DNA from: an uncultured Pseudomonadota bacterium
GTDB taxonomy: Bacteria > Bdellovibrionota_B > Oligoflexia > Oligoflexales > CAIYRB01
Assembly: GCA_903915625.1 (NCBI GenBank)
Contig: CAIWTN010000090.1
Location: 1,915 to 65,914, forward strand
Direction: 5' to 3'
Length of the DNA stretch: 64,000 nt
The position numbers and the translations under genes are program-made. Under the pieces are notes generated by a model, which did no database searches, was not told the origin of the DNA, and worked only from the letters and a program-made list of their open reading frames with translations. Shown here piece after piece: positions 26,395 through 36,270 of this stretch; positions within the stretch are counted from its first letter, which is position 1; each line of letters begins with the position of its first letter.

Positions 26395-28371
26395 ATGGCT
26401 AAGTCTCCACAAAAGCAGAATCAACAAATGCGAATCACCATGCTCTTCGCGGGGATCCTCGGCCTTTTGCTGTTGGTCCACCTGATGGTTAAACCGCAGG
26501 ACGAGCCGAAAACTCTTAAGTTCTCAGAGTTCATCGCAGCAGCCAGTTTACCGGATAGCGACCCTAACCATGTCGCCGAGGTGACTTTTAAAGAGAATGA
26601 AATCGTCGGCGTCCGTGTCGACAAAAGTACATTTAAAACGTACGGCCCAAATGACGCTGATATTAGAAAGACGCTGAGCGAGAAGGGCGTCAAAGTAAAT
26701 TTCGAACCACCAGAGGAAATGAGCTGGTGGAAAACGCTGTTGATCAACTCTTTGCCGCTGATCATCATTTTGTTCCTCTTCGTGTTTTTCATGCGCCAGC
26801 TGCAAATCGGCGGCGGCAAGGCCATGTCGTTCGGCAAAAGTCGGGCGAAGTTACTAAATGAAAATCAAACGCGAGTCACTTTCGAGGACATCGCCGGCAT
26901 CGATGAGGCCAAGCAAGAGCTCGAAGAAATCATCGAGTTCCTCAAAGATCCGAAAAAGTTTACTCGACTTGGCGGTCGAATTCCCAAAGGTGTCCTGCTA
27001 GTAGGCTCACCGGGTACAGGTAAAACCGTACTTGCCAAGGCTATTGCCGGAGAGGCGGGCGTGCCTTTCTTCTCCATCTCAGGCTCTGACTTCGTAGAAA
27101 TGTTCGTTGGCGTTGGCGCAAGCCGCGTGCGCGACTTATTCGACCAGGCCAAGAAACACGCTCCTTGTATTGTTTTCATCGACGAGATCGATGCTGTCGG
27201 CCGTCACCGCGGTGCCGGCTTAGGCGGCGGACACGACGAAAGAGAACAAACACTGAACCAGTTATTGGTTGAGATGGATGGATTCGAAGCAAATGAGGGT
27301 GTCATCATCATCGCCGCGACTAACCGGCCAGACGTACTTGACCCAGCCCTGCTACGTCCAGGTCGCTTCGACCGCCGTGTAGTAGTGCCAAAACCTGACG
27401 TAAAAGGCCGCGAAGGCATTCTCAAAGTCCACACTAAAAAGTCGCCTCTAGCTAAAGACGTGGACCTCCCAACGATTGCTCAAGGGACTCCCGGCTTTTC
27501 TGGCGCTGATCTGGAAAACCTAGTCAACGAAGCCGCACTCATTGCTGCCCGCCAGGACTGCAAAGAGGTTTCCATGCATCATTTTGAGCTGGCTAAAGAC
27601 AAAATACTCATGGGTCCCGAGCGTAAGAGCATGATCATGAGCATCGAGGAAAAGCGCAACACGGCTTACCACGAGGCCGGCCATGCTATTGTTGGGCTTT
27701 ATATTGGTGGCGTCGATCCCGTGCACAAAGTAAGCATCATTCCACGCGGCCAAGCACTGGGCGTTACTGTGATGCTACCCGCCGAAGACCGCTACACCCT
27801 GACCAAGGACTACGCTGAAGGAATGATCGCCTATGCTATGGGCGGCCGGGCTGCCGAGGAACTGATCTTCCGCAAGCAAACCACTGGCGCTGGCGACGAC
27901 ATAAACAAAGCCACAGACATTGCCCGCAAGATGGTTTGCAACTGGGGCATGAGTGACAAACTAGGTCCGCTCTCCTTCGGCAAAGACAATGAAGAAGTGT
28001 TCCTGGGGCGCGAAATCCACAGCTCAAGGAACTTCTCGGACAAAGTGGCCGAGGAGATCGACAGCGAGATCCATCGCATTGTCACTTCGGGCTATAAAAA
28101 AGCTATGGGGATTTTGCGCGAAAACCGCGAACAACTCGAATCATTAGCGGAGTCTCTCTTAATTAAGGAGACCCTCGACAGAACCCAAATCGAAAGCCTC
28201 ATGCAGGGCCAATCGGTGGTATCTGACGAGGAGCGCAAAGCTTTCGAGGAAGCGCAAAAAAAAGCTAAAGACCTCAGGAAAAATCCTTCCCGCGCCAGCA
28301 CCCTGACTGCCCTGGAAGGTCAAGAGCTGACAGATGCTCCAGCATTCTCAGCTCTGCCCCAAGGTACATGA
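26395..28371 (+). CDS. ftsH: ATP-dependent zinc metalloprotease FtsH
   Basis: Two N-terminal TM segments, Walker A GSPGTGKT, Walker [12 protein letters not shown] region and zinc site HEAGHAIV. Confidence 0.97.
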   Translation: MAKSPQKQNQQMRITMLFAGILGLLLLVHLMVKPQDEPKTLKFSEFIAAASLPDSDPNHVAEVTFKENEIVGVRVDKSTFKTYGPNDADIRKTLSEKGVKVNFEPPEEMSWWKTLLINSLPLIIILFLFVFFMRQLQIGGGKAMSFGKSRAKLLNENQTRVTFEDIAGIDEAKQELEEIIEFLKDPKKFTRLGGRIPKGVLLVGSPGTGKTVLAKAIAGEAGVPFFSISGSDFVEMFVGVGASRVRDLFDQAKKHAPCIVFIDEIDAVGRHRGAGLGGGHDEREQTLNQLLVEMDGFEANEGVIIIAATNRPDVLDPALLRPGRFDRRVVVPKPDVKGREGILKVHTKKSPLAKDVDLPTIAQGTPGFSGADLENLVNEAALIAARQDCKEVSMHHFELAKDKILMGPERKSMIMSIEEKRNTAYHEAGHAIVGLYIGGVDPVHKVSIIPRGQALGVTVMLPAEDRYTLTKDYAEGMIAYAMGGRAAEELIFRKQTTGAGDDINKATDIARKMVCNWGMSDKLGPLSFGKDNEEVFLGREIHSSRNFSDKVAEEIDSEIHRIVTSGYKKAMGILRENREQLESLAESLLIKETLDRTQIESLMQGQSVVSDEERKAFEEAQKKAKDLRKNPSRASTLTALEGQELTDAPAFSALPQGT

Positions 28372-29201
28372 AGGTCCGCAGCCCCGCGGTCGCCGCGGGT
28401 CACTATCCTCTCCTAATGGGCGTCGTTAATCTGACGCCCGACTCTTTCTCCGACGGTGGTGATTACAACGACGTCGGCGCCGCCTTTGACCGAATTGAAA
28501 CCTTGATTGCCGATGGTGCCGACATCATCGACCTCGGCGCCGAGTCTACCCGCCCTGGGGCCTCACAGGTACCAGCAGAAGAAGAATGGAAACGACTCGA
28601 ACCCCTATTAAAACGCCTATCTCAAAGTTCCCTTCCCGTTAGCATCAGTGTCGATACCCGCAAACCTTCGTTAATGCTACAAGCAGCAGATTATGGTGCC
28701 ACTTGGTTTAATGATATCGGCGGCCATGCCGATATAACTGACCTAGCAACACTCGCGAGCTATCCTGAAATGCATTACATTGCCATGCACATGCCAATCA
28801 CCCCTGACATTATGCAGGTCCAACCAATGCCGGCCGCGCAAGCTTTGGCAGATATAAAAGAATTCTTCGCCCAGCGCATGACGTTGCTGGCGGCTGCGGG
28901 CTTTGGGGGCGAGCGCGTGTGGCTTGATCCAGGTATCGGGTTCGGCAAGACCGACGCGGCAAATGTACGGATCATGCAGGAAATCAGCCTCTGGTCGCAG
29001 ACCATGCAGATTATGATCGGAGTATCGCGCAAGTCATTGATCGGTCGCATCCTCGACATAACCGACCCCAAGGCCCGCGACGCTCCGTCAAAAATGCTCG
29101 AATTTGGCTTGGCTCTTTGCGGTGCCAAGCTCATCCGCACCCATAATGTGGCCCCGCTAAAGCGCCTATTTGACCTCGTCCGAGGTGATTCAGATGGTTG
29201 A
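28368..29201 (+). CDS. folP: Dihydropteroate synthase
   Basis: [27 protein letters not shown] and [13 protein letters not shown] overlap with the ftsH stop. Confidence 0.9.
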   Translation: MKVRSPAVAAGHYPLLMGVVNLTPDSFSDGGDYNDVGAAFDRIETLIADGADIIDLGAESTRPGASQVPAEEEWKRLEPLLKRLSQSSLPVSISVDTRKPSLMLQAADYGATWFNDIGGHADITDLATLASYPEMHYIAMHMPITPDIMQVQPMPAAQALADIKEFFAQRMTLLAAAGFGGERVWLDPGIGFGKTDAANVRIMQEISLWSQTMQIMIGVSRKSLIGRILDITDPKARDAPSKMLEFGLALCGAKLIRTHNVAPLKRLFDLVRGDSDG

Positions 29202-30030
29202 AATTCTGGACCAATTTGGATTCTGGGCGGCGATCGACATCCTGGTCATCGCGTTCATCATCTATCACGCACTTCTACTAATTCGCGGTACACGCGCAGC
29301 TCAGATGCTGACGGGCATCCTGATTGTCGTGGCCATGTTCTTGCTATCATCTATTGTGCCGCTCACAACATTGAACTGGGTGATGAACAAGTTTTATTCG
29401 TCATTCATCATTATCATCATCATTCTATTTCAGGACGACATCCGCCACGTCCTCAGTCGGATGGGTAAAAAGTCATTCATCCCGGGCACTGACACGCTAT
29501 CGTCTAGTCAAATTCTCGATGAAATAACTCGGGCTGCCGCGGCCTTAGCCAATAAACGCATCGGTGCCCTCGTGGTCATAGAACGAAACATCATCCTGTC
29601 TCGATACGTTGAAGTGGGCACGTTGCTCGATGCCCGCGTATCAAAAGAATTACTGCTCTCGGTATTCCATCCCTCATCGCCAATCCACGATGGTGCCGCC
29701 ATTATTCAGCGCGGCCGCATCTCCGCAGCTGGCTGCTTCTTACCCCTGACCCGAGATGAAAATCTCGATGCTAACTGGGGCACACGCCACCGCGCAGCCA
29801 TCGGAATTTCGCAGGAAACTGATGCCATCGTCGTGCTGGTATCAGAAGAAGGCGCATCCATCTCGCTAGTCGTCGAAGGAAAGGTGTCGCGCAAGATGGA
29901 GCCCAAAGATCTACGCAAGTCACTCACGGATCTTTTGGCCGAAGAAAAAAACGCGGATGACTTTAATCAAGAGCCTCGCGCGCCTGGTGGCTTCTTCCGC
30001 TTCTTTAAATCGAGAGGGGGCAACTCATGA
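29194..30030 (+). CDS. cdaA: Diadenylate cyclase (c-di-AMP synthase), membrane-anchored CdaA type
   Basis: Three N-terminal TM helices, then DAC-domain motifs HDGAAII and GTRHRAAIGISQETDAIVVLVSEE. ATG 29194 has a GAGGTGA SD. Confidence 0.9.
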   Translation: MVEILDQFGFWAAIDILVIAFIIYHALLLIRGTRAAQMLTGILIVVAMFLLSSIVPLTTLNWVMNKFYSSFIIIIIILFQDDIRHVLSRMGKKSFIPGTDTLSSSQILDEITRAAAALANKRIGALVVIERNIILSRYVEVGTLLDARVSKELLLSVFHPSSPIHDGAAIIQRGRISAAGCFLPLTRDENLDANWGTRHRAAIGISQETDAIVVLVSEEGASISLVVEGKVSRKMEPKDLRKSLTDLLAEEKNADDFNQEPRAPGGFFRFFKSRGGNS

Positions 30031-30962
30031 AGCCCCGTATTATGAACTCGCTGCTGCGCAATTTTTGGTACAAGGTCTGGGCTTTGGTTCTGGCCTGTTT
30101 ATTCTGGTACATCGTCCAGGGCGAAGAGATTTTAGAGATCAATCGCCGCATTGTGGTGAACATCAAAGTACCCGAAGGACAATTGATCAAAGGTCCAGAC
30201 ACTCTGATCCTGGACGCAACCCTCCGCGGATCACGGGTGCTACTAGGAGATTTCTCTACGCGTCCACTAGAAGCGACCATCCGCATTCCTGAGGGCAAGA
30301 CTGGACAGATTCGCTACCGGATCGATCGTGAACACATAAAAAACTGGGATAATCGCATCAAACTCACGGTGCACGAGCCCTACATCACCATCTACGTGGA
30401 CGACAAATCGAGCAAGAAAGTGCCCGTGCGCGAATTCTTAAAAGGAGTCCCCGCCGAGGGCTACATTATTGAGAAGAGCATCATAAAGCCCAACATGATC
30501 ACTATAACTGGACCCAAATCTGATTTAGTGAAAATTGAAGAAGTGCTTACCTCGCCAATAGACGTCAGTAATCTATCGACCTCGAAAAGCTTCGAGACCA
30601 AAATCGCGGCCAAAGACCTGCCAAAACTAGAACTGTCCACGGACACAGTGAATGTAAATCTCATGCTTGGTGAGCAGAAGATTAACAAAAAGTTCAGCTC
30701 AGTTCCGGTCGTCGTGGTCGGCAGTGACCACGTAACAAATGTAAGTCCACAGATGGTATCTATTGTGATTCAAGGGACACCTGGAGTACTTAGCTTCATC
30801 AATCGCAGCGAGCTCGAGGCCTTCATCGATGCGCGTGACCTACCGCCGGGCAAAAAGTACAATCGGCCGATACAGGTAAAGATACCCCCGGATACGGTTC
30901 TAATAGAAACTCAACCGCAAACGGCCGCTATCGAAGTATTTAACCAAAAGCGCCTTAACTAA
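30027..30962 (+). CDS. cdaR: CdaA regulatory protein CdaR (YbbR-repeat protein)
   Basis: N-terminal TM, then repeated beta-rich YbbR-like modules. ATGA-coupled to cdaA and followed by glmM, which is the conserved order. Confidence 0.7.
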   Translation: MKPRIMNSLLRNFWYKVWALVLACLFWYIVQGEEILEINRRIVVNIKVPEGQLIKGPDTLILDATLRGSRVLLGDFSTRPLEATIRIPEGKTGQIRYRIDREHIKNWDNRIKLTVHEPYITIYVDDKSSKKVPVREFLKGVPAEGYIIEKSIIKPNMITITGPKSDLVKIEEVLTSPIDVSNLSTSKSFETKIAAKDLPKLELSTDTVNVNLMLGEQKINKKFSSVPVVVVGSDHVTNVSPQMVSIVIQGTPGVLSFINRSELEAFIDARDLPPGKKYNRPIQVKIPPDTVLIETQPQTAAIEVFNQKRLN

Positions 30963-31013
30963 GCTGATCGCATTTAGCTACTCATTGACTGACCCCACTG
31001 CGAGGAGCGTCCC

Positions 31014-32384
31014 ATGAAAAAATTATTCGGCACCGACGGAATTCGCGGTGAGGCTAACACCTATCCAATCTCGCCGGACTTGGTACTTAAATTAGGACAA
31101 GCGATTGGCCTTTATTTCAAATCCACACACACAAATCCGCGAATTTTAATTGGCAAAGACACACGCCTAAGCGGCTATATGCTCGAGCAAGCCCTGGCCT
31201 CAGGAATCTGCAGCGTGGGCGTTGATGCACAATTTCTCGGGCCTCTACCGACCCCTGGCATTGCCTACTTAACACGGGGGCTTAGAGCCTCTGCTGGTAT
31301 CGTAATCTCAGCCTCACACAATCCTTATCACGATAACGGCATCAAAATATTCAGTGCTAATGGCTATAAGCTTCCGGATGAAGTGGAAGAAAAATTAGAG
31401 CGTATGCTCGAAGATCCTAATCTTAGTGACAACCTACCTACGGGTTCTGGTATTGGGCGAGCCAAAAGGATTGATGACGCCATTGGCCAATACGCCGTTT
31501 ATTTAAAAGAACAGTTCCCAAAACAATTAACTCTGGATGGCCTGCGCATCATCATCGATTGCGCTAACGGGGCTGCTTACCGAGTCGCACCGAAAGTCTT
31601 TACGGAATTAGGCGCAGAGTGCTTCCTTCTAGGTGTCGAACCAAACGGCACGAACATCAACGAAGGTCACGGCGCTTTGCATCCGCAAAAGCTGGCCGAG
31701 CAAGTTAAGCTCTATAAGGCAGACGTGGGGCTGGCATTTGACGGCGATGCCGACCGCCTGGTCGTCGTTGACGATCGCGGCGAGATTGTAGACGGCGACG
31801 AAATCCTCGCGATCTGCGGCATTCAAATGGCGAAACAAGGGACTCTGAGGAAAAACACCGTCGTCAGCACCGTCATGAGCAACATGGGTCTAGATATCGC
31901 TCTTGAGCGCGTAGGAGCCGAGCTCAAACGCACCAAGGTCGGTGACCGCTATGTCATGGAAGAAATGGTGCGGGGCGACTACAACCTTGGCGGCGAACAA
32001 TCGGGCCATCTTATCTTCCGCGATAGCGCGACGACCGGAGACGGCATCCTTGCGGCGCTCCACTTACTAAAGATCATGGTTTCTGAGGGAAGAAAAATCT
32101 CTGAGCTAAAGGGCTGCATGGAACGATTGCCGCAGGTACTGCGCAATGTCCGCGTCAAAAACAAAGTGCCACTCGAAGATCTTCCAGAGCTAGCTAAATT
32201 GATTAGACAGATGGAGCAAAAGCTAGGTAAAGGTGGCCGGATTCTATTTCGTTACTCTGGCACCGAGAGCTTGGCCCGCATCATGGTCGAAGGTCAAAAC
32301 ACCGATGAAATTGAGGCTATTGCGACCGAGCTCTGCACCGAAACAGCGGCTGCCATTATGAACCACAAAGGCCAACTGCAATGA
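31014..32384 (+). CDS. glmM: Phosphoglucosamine mutase
   Basis: MKKLFGTDGIRG, active-site SASHNPYHDNGIK, and FDGDADR. Confidence 0.93.
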   Translation: MKKLFGTDGIRGEANTYPISPDLVLKLGQAIGLYFKSTHTNPRILIGKDTRLSGYMLEQALASGICSVGVDAQFLGPLPTPGIAYLTRGLRASAGIVISASHNPYHDNGIKIFSANGYKLPDEVEEKLERMLEDPNLSDNLPTGSGIGRAKRIDDAIGQYAVYLKEQFPKQLTLDGLRIIIDCANGAAYRVAPKVFTELGAECFLLGVEPNGTNINEGHGALHPQKLAEQVKLYKADVGLAFDGDADRLVVVDDRGEIVDGDEILAICGIQMAKQGTLRKNTVVSTVMSNMGLDIALERVGAELKRTKVGDRYVMEEMVRGDYNLGGEQSGHLIFRDSATTGDGILAALHLLKIMVSEGRKISELKGCMERLPQVLRNVRVKNKVPLEDLPELAKLIRQMEQKLGKGGRILFRYSGTESLARIMVEGQNTDEIEAIATELCTETAAAIMNHKGQLQ

Positions 32385-33127
32385 TCCGCTTGGGTGTAAA
32401 CTTAGATCACATCGCCACCCTCCGCCAAGCACGCGGCGAACGCTATCCTGACCCCGTCCAGGCGGCTCTCCTAGCTGAGCTTGGCGGCGCCGATAATATC
32501 ACGTGTCACTTACGGGAAGACCGTCGTCACATCCAAGACCGCGATGTTTTGGCCTTAAAAGACACGATTCAGGTGCCTCTTAACTTTGAAATCGCGGCTA
32601 CGAGCTCCATGCTGGACCTGGCGATCAAACTCAAACCGCACGCGGTAACGCTGGTCCCAGAGAAAAGAGAAGAGCGAACTACCGAAGGCGGACTCGATCT
32701 TGTCCGCAATAAACCAACTTTAACCTCGGCCATTGCCCGATTAAAAGGTGCTGGAATCTTAGTGTCCCTTTTCGTGGAGCCAGATCTGCAAGCCGTCGTG
32801 CTGAGTCACGAGCTTGGTGCCGATGCCGTGGAGTTTCACACCGGCAGCTTCTGTCACAAAATGGCAGAAGCCATCTCAACAAGAGCTCAGAAATCACTTG
32901 TGGAGTTTCTTGTCGATGCCGCCGCTGCGGCCCACAAGCTAGACTTGCAAGCACACTTTGGACATGGCTTAAACTACAGCAACGCCCACTGGTTACAAGT
33001 TGTCAACCACGCCGAAGAGGCTAACATCGGCCATGCCATCGTCGCGCGCGCTGTATTTGTCGGCCTCAAAGAAGCGGTAAGTGACATGAAGCGCCTGCTC
33101 AACGATCCCGCGCATCGCCCATATTGA
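32381..33127 (+). CDS. pdxJ: Pyridoxine 5'-phosphate synthase
   Basis: LGVNLDHIATLRQARG and TCHLREDRRHI. ATGA overlap with glmM. Confidence 0.92.
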   Translation: MIRLGVNLDHIATLRQARGERYPDPVQAALLAELGGADNITCHLREDRRHIQDRDVLALKDTIQVPLNFEIAATSSMLDLAIKLKPHAVTLVPEKREERTTEGGLDLVRNKPTLTSAIARLKGAGILVSLFVEPDLQAVVLSHELGADAVEFHTGSFCHKMAEAISTRAQKSLVEFLVDAAAAAHKLDLQAHFGHGLNYSNAHWLQVVNHAEEANIGHAIVARAVFVGLKEAVSDMKRLLNDPAHRPY

Positions 33128-33136
33128 GAGCAGATC

Positions 33137-33592
33137 ATGACGATCACTAAGTTGTGGACTCAAGTTTGTGCCTTCCACGATCTCGACAACCTAACCTCGA
33201 AGATCGTCGCGGAACTAAGTAGTCCAGACACCCCAAAACCCTTTTGCTTGTGGCTTTCTGGTCCCTTGGGAGCAGGCAAGACCACTATTGTTGGGCAGTT
33301 GCTAAGAAAGCTCGGGCTCCCTGACGTCATGCCAGTCACCTCGCCAACCTACACTTACATGAACGAGTATCAAATCGGCACTCGCTGGTTTGCTCACCTC
33401 GACCTTTACCGTACTAACGCAAGCCTCTACTCGGAAGACCTCGGACTGGCCGATGCTCGCTCGTACGATGGATTTTTCGTTGAATGGCCGGAAAAGAAAA
33501 TCAACGATCCTTTCCTGCAACCAACTCATACATTAACGATTGAATTTGGCACTAATCTGGATGAGCGCGTGTTTCACTTCGCTCGCCAATAA
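33137..33592 (+). CDS. tsaE: tRNA t6A biosynthesis ATPase TsaE (YjeE)
   Basis: 151 aa. P-loop GPLGAGKTT, followed by SPTYTYMNEY..........HLDLYR. Confidence 0.8.
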   Translation: MTITKLWTQVCAFHDLDNLTSKIVAELSSPDTPKPFCLWLSGPLGAGKTTIVGQLLRKLGLPDVMPVTSPTYTYMNEYQIGTRWFAHLDLYRTNASLYSEDLGLADARSYDGFFVEWPEKKINDPFLQPTHTLTIEFGTNLDERVFHFARQ

Positions 33593-33607
33593 CGGCAAAA
33601 CAAAAAA

Positions 33608-33628
33608 CCCCGGAGAAGATCTCCGGGG
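33608..33628 (-). terminator. Rho-independent terminator between convergent genes (best on the minus strand, for the LysM gene)
   Basis: CCCCGGAG-aagat-CTCCGGGG. On the minus strand it is followed by TTTTTTGTTTTG. It sits between the tsaE stop (33592) and the LysM gene stop (33675). Confidence 0.7.
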
Positions 33629-33674
33629 CGTTCAGTCATGACAAACAATACTTAAACTTATGCCGAAAATTGGA

Positions 33675-34739
33675 TCAGTGGCCTACTTTGCTCTTAGCTT
33701 TTTTGCCAACCGCAGCAGGTTTCACGGGATCAGCTGCAGGTGTACCCGCGGCGACCTTGCCACCCTCCATATAATTTAGTTTCAGACCAACTGGAATTTT
33801 ATTTGGATCGCGAATTTTATCGCGATTGAAGCTGAGCAAGCGCGGCCAGGCTTCCGCGCTGCCATATGTTTGGGCGGCGATTTTGCTCAAAGAGTCGCCC
33901 TTTTTGACCACCACGCTTTTCATGGTTGTCTTGTAATTTTTCACAAATTCTTTCGCTTTAACTTCCGTGGTTTCAAAGCGAAGGACATCCCCGGGGAATA
34001 TCCTGTTGGCGTCGTTGATCCCGTTGGACTGAGCCAAGTTCAGCCAAAACTTAGTCGTACCGTAGATCTTCTGAGAGATGGTGGCGAGAGTATCGCCTGG
34101 CTCTATGACGTATTGGGAGCTTTCGCGAGACTTCGTTACCTTAGCAGCTAAAGCTAGATCATTGGCAGTAGCAGAATGGGTCGCGCCTTTATGCGCATGA
34201 CCACGATGAGGTTTGTCGGGGAGATTCTGCGCAGCACCTGGGCTGGACACCGTATAAACCTCTCCGGTCAAGCGAGGCTTAGTGTTTTGATCAAACATCG
34301 CGCCAGAAGTATCAGCATCAGGCGCTGCGGCGACACTGGTGGTCTCGACGCCAACATCGGTTAGCTCGGCCTTAACGGTATCAGAGCCTTCGGCAAGGGT
34401 TTCCGCTGGGGGTGGGGGAGCCACTTCTTCAGAAACAGCTGGTGCCACTGGCTCGGCACTCATGCCTAAATCACTGGCAACTGCCGCAGCTGCTGCATCC
34501 TCGGGTGCAGCGACAGGTTTCTCGCCGCTTGAGGACTCCGCGGAGTTACTGGGCGCAGTTACATCCAAGGGCGCTCCTTCGGGCGCGTCTACACCGTAAA
34601 CAGGTTGAACTATTTCGTCTGTCATATCCGCATCACCAGAGCATGCGGCCAGTCCGAGACCAGCCACAAACGAAACGGCCAAAACCTTGCTCGTCAAACT
34701 GAAGAACAAACCGAATTTAGATACACCTTGAGTTGCCAT
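33675..34739 (-). CDS. LysM-domain lipoprotein (two C-terminal LysM repeats)
   Basis: Lipobox LGLAAC, a long Ala/Pro/Glu-rich linker, and two LysM motifs (YVIEPGDTLATISQKIYG..., VVVKKGDSLSKIAAQTYG...). GGAGGAGG SD. Confidence 0.8.
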   Translation of the reverse strand: MATQGVSKFGLFFSLTSKVLAVSFVAGLGLAACSGDADMTDEIVQPVYGVDAPEGAPLDVTAPSNSAESSSGEKPVAAPEDAAAAAVASDLGMSAEPVAPAVSEEVAPPPPAETLAEGSDTVKAELTDVGVETTSVAAAPDADTSGAMFDQNTKPRLTGEVYTVSSPGAAQNLPDKPHRGHAHKGATHSATANDLALAAKVTKSRESSQYVIEPGDTLATISQKIYGTTKFWLNLAQSNGINDANRIFPGDVLRFETTEVKAKEFVKNYKTTMKSVVVKKGDSLSKIAAQTYGSAEAWPRLLSFNRDKIRDPNKIPVGLKLNYMEGGKVAAGTPAADPVKPAAVGKKAKSKVGH

Positions 34740-34937
34740 GACTATGCCTCCTCCATGAATGAGTCAAATTCCTCGCTCGCGGACTCATCGGAGAGAAACT
34801 GTCTTAAATTTAGTCACGGCCTTGCTCGCGGTGTGTTTTTTTAATTCAGGAATTACAAAGGGTTGTAAATTCCTCAAGGAATATCATTGATCTATGCGTC
34901 TGGGTTTTGTATGTCTCTCTCGCCTTTGCAGGAATAC

Positions 34938-35014
34938 GCACCCGTGGCTCAGCTGGATAGAGCACCAGACTACGAATCTGGGGGTCGGGCGTTCGAATCG
35001 CTCCGGGTGCGCCA
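34938..35014 (+). tRNA. tRNA-Arg (anticodon ACG)
   Basis: GCACCCGTGGCTCAGCTGGATAGAGC..., anticodon stem-loop CCAGA-CTACGAA-TCTGG, T arm GGGCGTTCGAATCGCTC, CCA encoded. Confidence 0.9.
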
Positions 35015-35140
35015 TTCTCCTCCTCAGTTTTTTAAAGATCTTCATTTCTCAAACTTATCCGAACCAAGCATTAAAGCCGCACCGAGACCGTGCCGACTGT
35101 GTTTTAGCGTGTCTAAATTCAGACTCACTAGGGGCAGGCC

Positions 35141-36115
35141 ATGCGACACACTCTCTCTTTATGCTTGGTCGGTTTCATAGCATTTGCGAACTCGTGCAAG
35201 ACGCCTCAGCACCAGCAATCCGAGACCAAGTCGGTCGCGTTAGTGTCCGTTACAATAGCTATCGCGGAATCCCTGCTTCAGACTTTTTTTAAGGTCAGTC
35301 TTCACACTCAAATGGCAACAATCTATGAGTCGATCATTCACAGCGGTGCGCACTTCGGTGACGTGAATGATGCTGAAGTAAACGCTAACGCCACCGCTAT
35401 AAATTCTCCTGTAACCAAAGACTTTCAACTACCGCTTAAAATCAAACTGAATTCCCTCCAAGATACGCTGAGTCGAGATTATGTTGCGGGCAGCCCAGAC
35501 AGCAGCAATCTCCTTGCTTTGATGATCGACAAGGCCAACGACATTCGCAGCTCCATCGAAGAACACGGCAATCCCGACTTCGGACCTAATTATGCTGCTG
35601 ACGCGTTAGCCAGCTATCAGTCCTACCTATTGATCAGCTCACTCAGTCTGTCGATACTCCAAGAGAGGGTGCGATCGGCAAAAGCATCCGGCACTCTTAG
35701 CCCTGAGGTGATCACAAAACTACGCGGCAGCGTTTTAAATGCAGCGAAAGAGAATGCCCGATACATAAAAAATATCTATGGGCCGCTTTTTGAGGCTTAT
35801 GCCCGCAAGAACATGCTGACCTATACGATGAAGTCTGCTCCTACGAGCATCGACTTCGGATTCGAAAGTGGAGTCTCGTATACCTACTGCGTCCAAGGTA
35901 AATCTGGGCCGGACCTTTGTGGGGCTCGAAGCCCAACCATTTGCGCCACAGAGATAAATGCCGACTGCGTCAAAAAGGCGCAGGAGGAGGCCAAAGCCAA
36001 CCTCACTGAGGCCGGCCATGAACAACGACTGATTACCGCGGCTCGCAAGACACTCTTTGCCATCGACCTATCTCAATTTGCCGACAAAATGGAGGCTCGA
36101 GCAGGTGCCCAATAA
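35141..36115 (+). CDS. Hypothetical lipoprotein (324 aa, mostly helical)
   Basis: Signal plus lipobox LVGFIAFANSC. Five C-terminal Cys. No family recognised. Confidence 0.55.
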   Translation: MRHTLSLCLVGFIAFANSCKTPQHQQSETKSVALVSVTIAIAESLLQTFFKVSLHTQMATIYESIIHSGAHFGDVNDAEVNANATAINSPVTKDFQLPLKIKLNSLQDTLSRDYVAGSPDSSNLLALMIDKANDIRSSIEEHGNPDFGPNYAADALASYQSYLLISSLSLSILQERVRSAKASGTLSPEVITKLRGSVLNAAKENARYIKNIYGPLFEAYARKNMLTYTMKSAPTSIDFGFESGVSYTYCVQGKSGPDLCGARSPTICATEINADCVKKAQEEAKANLTEAGHEQRLITAARKTLFAIDLSQFADKMEARAGAQ

Positions 36116-36270
36116 CTGTCCTCCCACCTACGGGGGACACTGCGGCAAAAACGAGTCTTCAACGACCGTTTGACACTATTGACCAAATATTTAACTATGA
36201 CTTTAGAAGCTTGGTTCTGACGTGCTAGTACGCACCCTCGCAATTAGCGGGCAGTTGTTGTTAGGTTGAC

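Noticed and set aside
34938-36270. Integrative element at tRNA-Arg carrying the lipoprotein and SET genes
   Set aside because: There is no integrase and no repeat of the tRNA-Arg 3' segment in 36116..36270 or nearby. It is retained only as a hypothesis to test by synteny.
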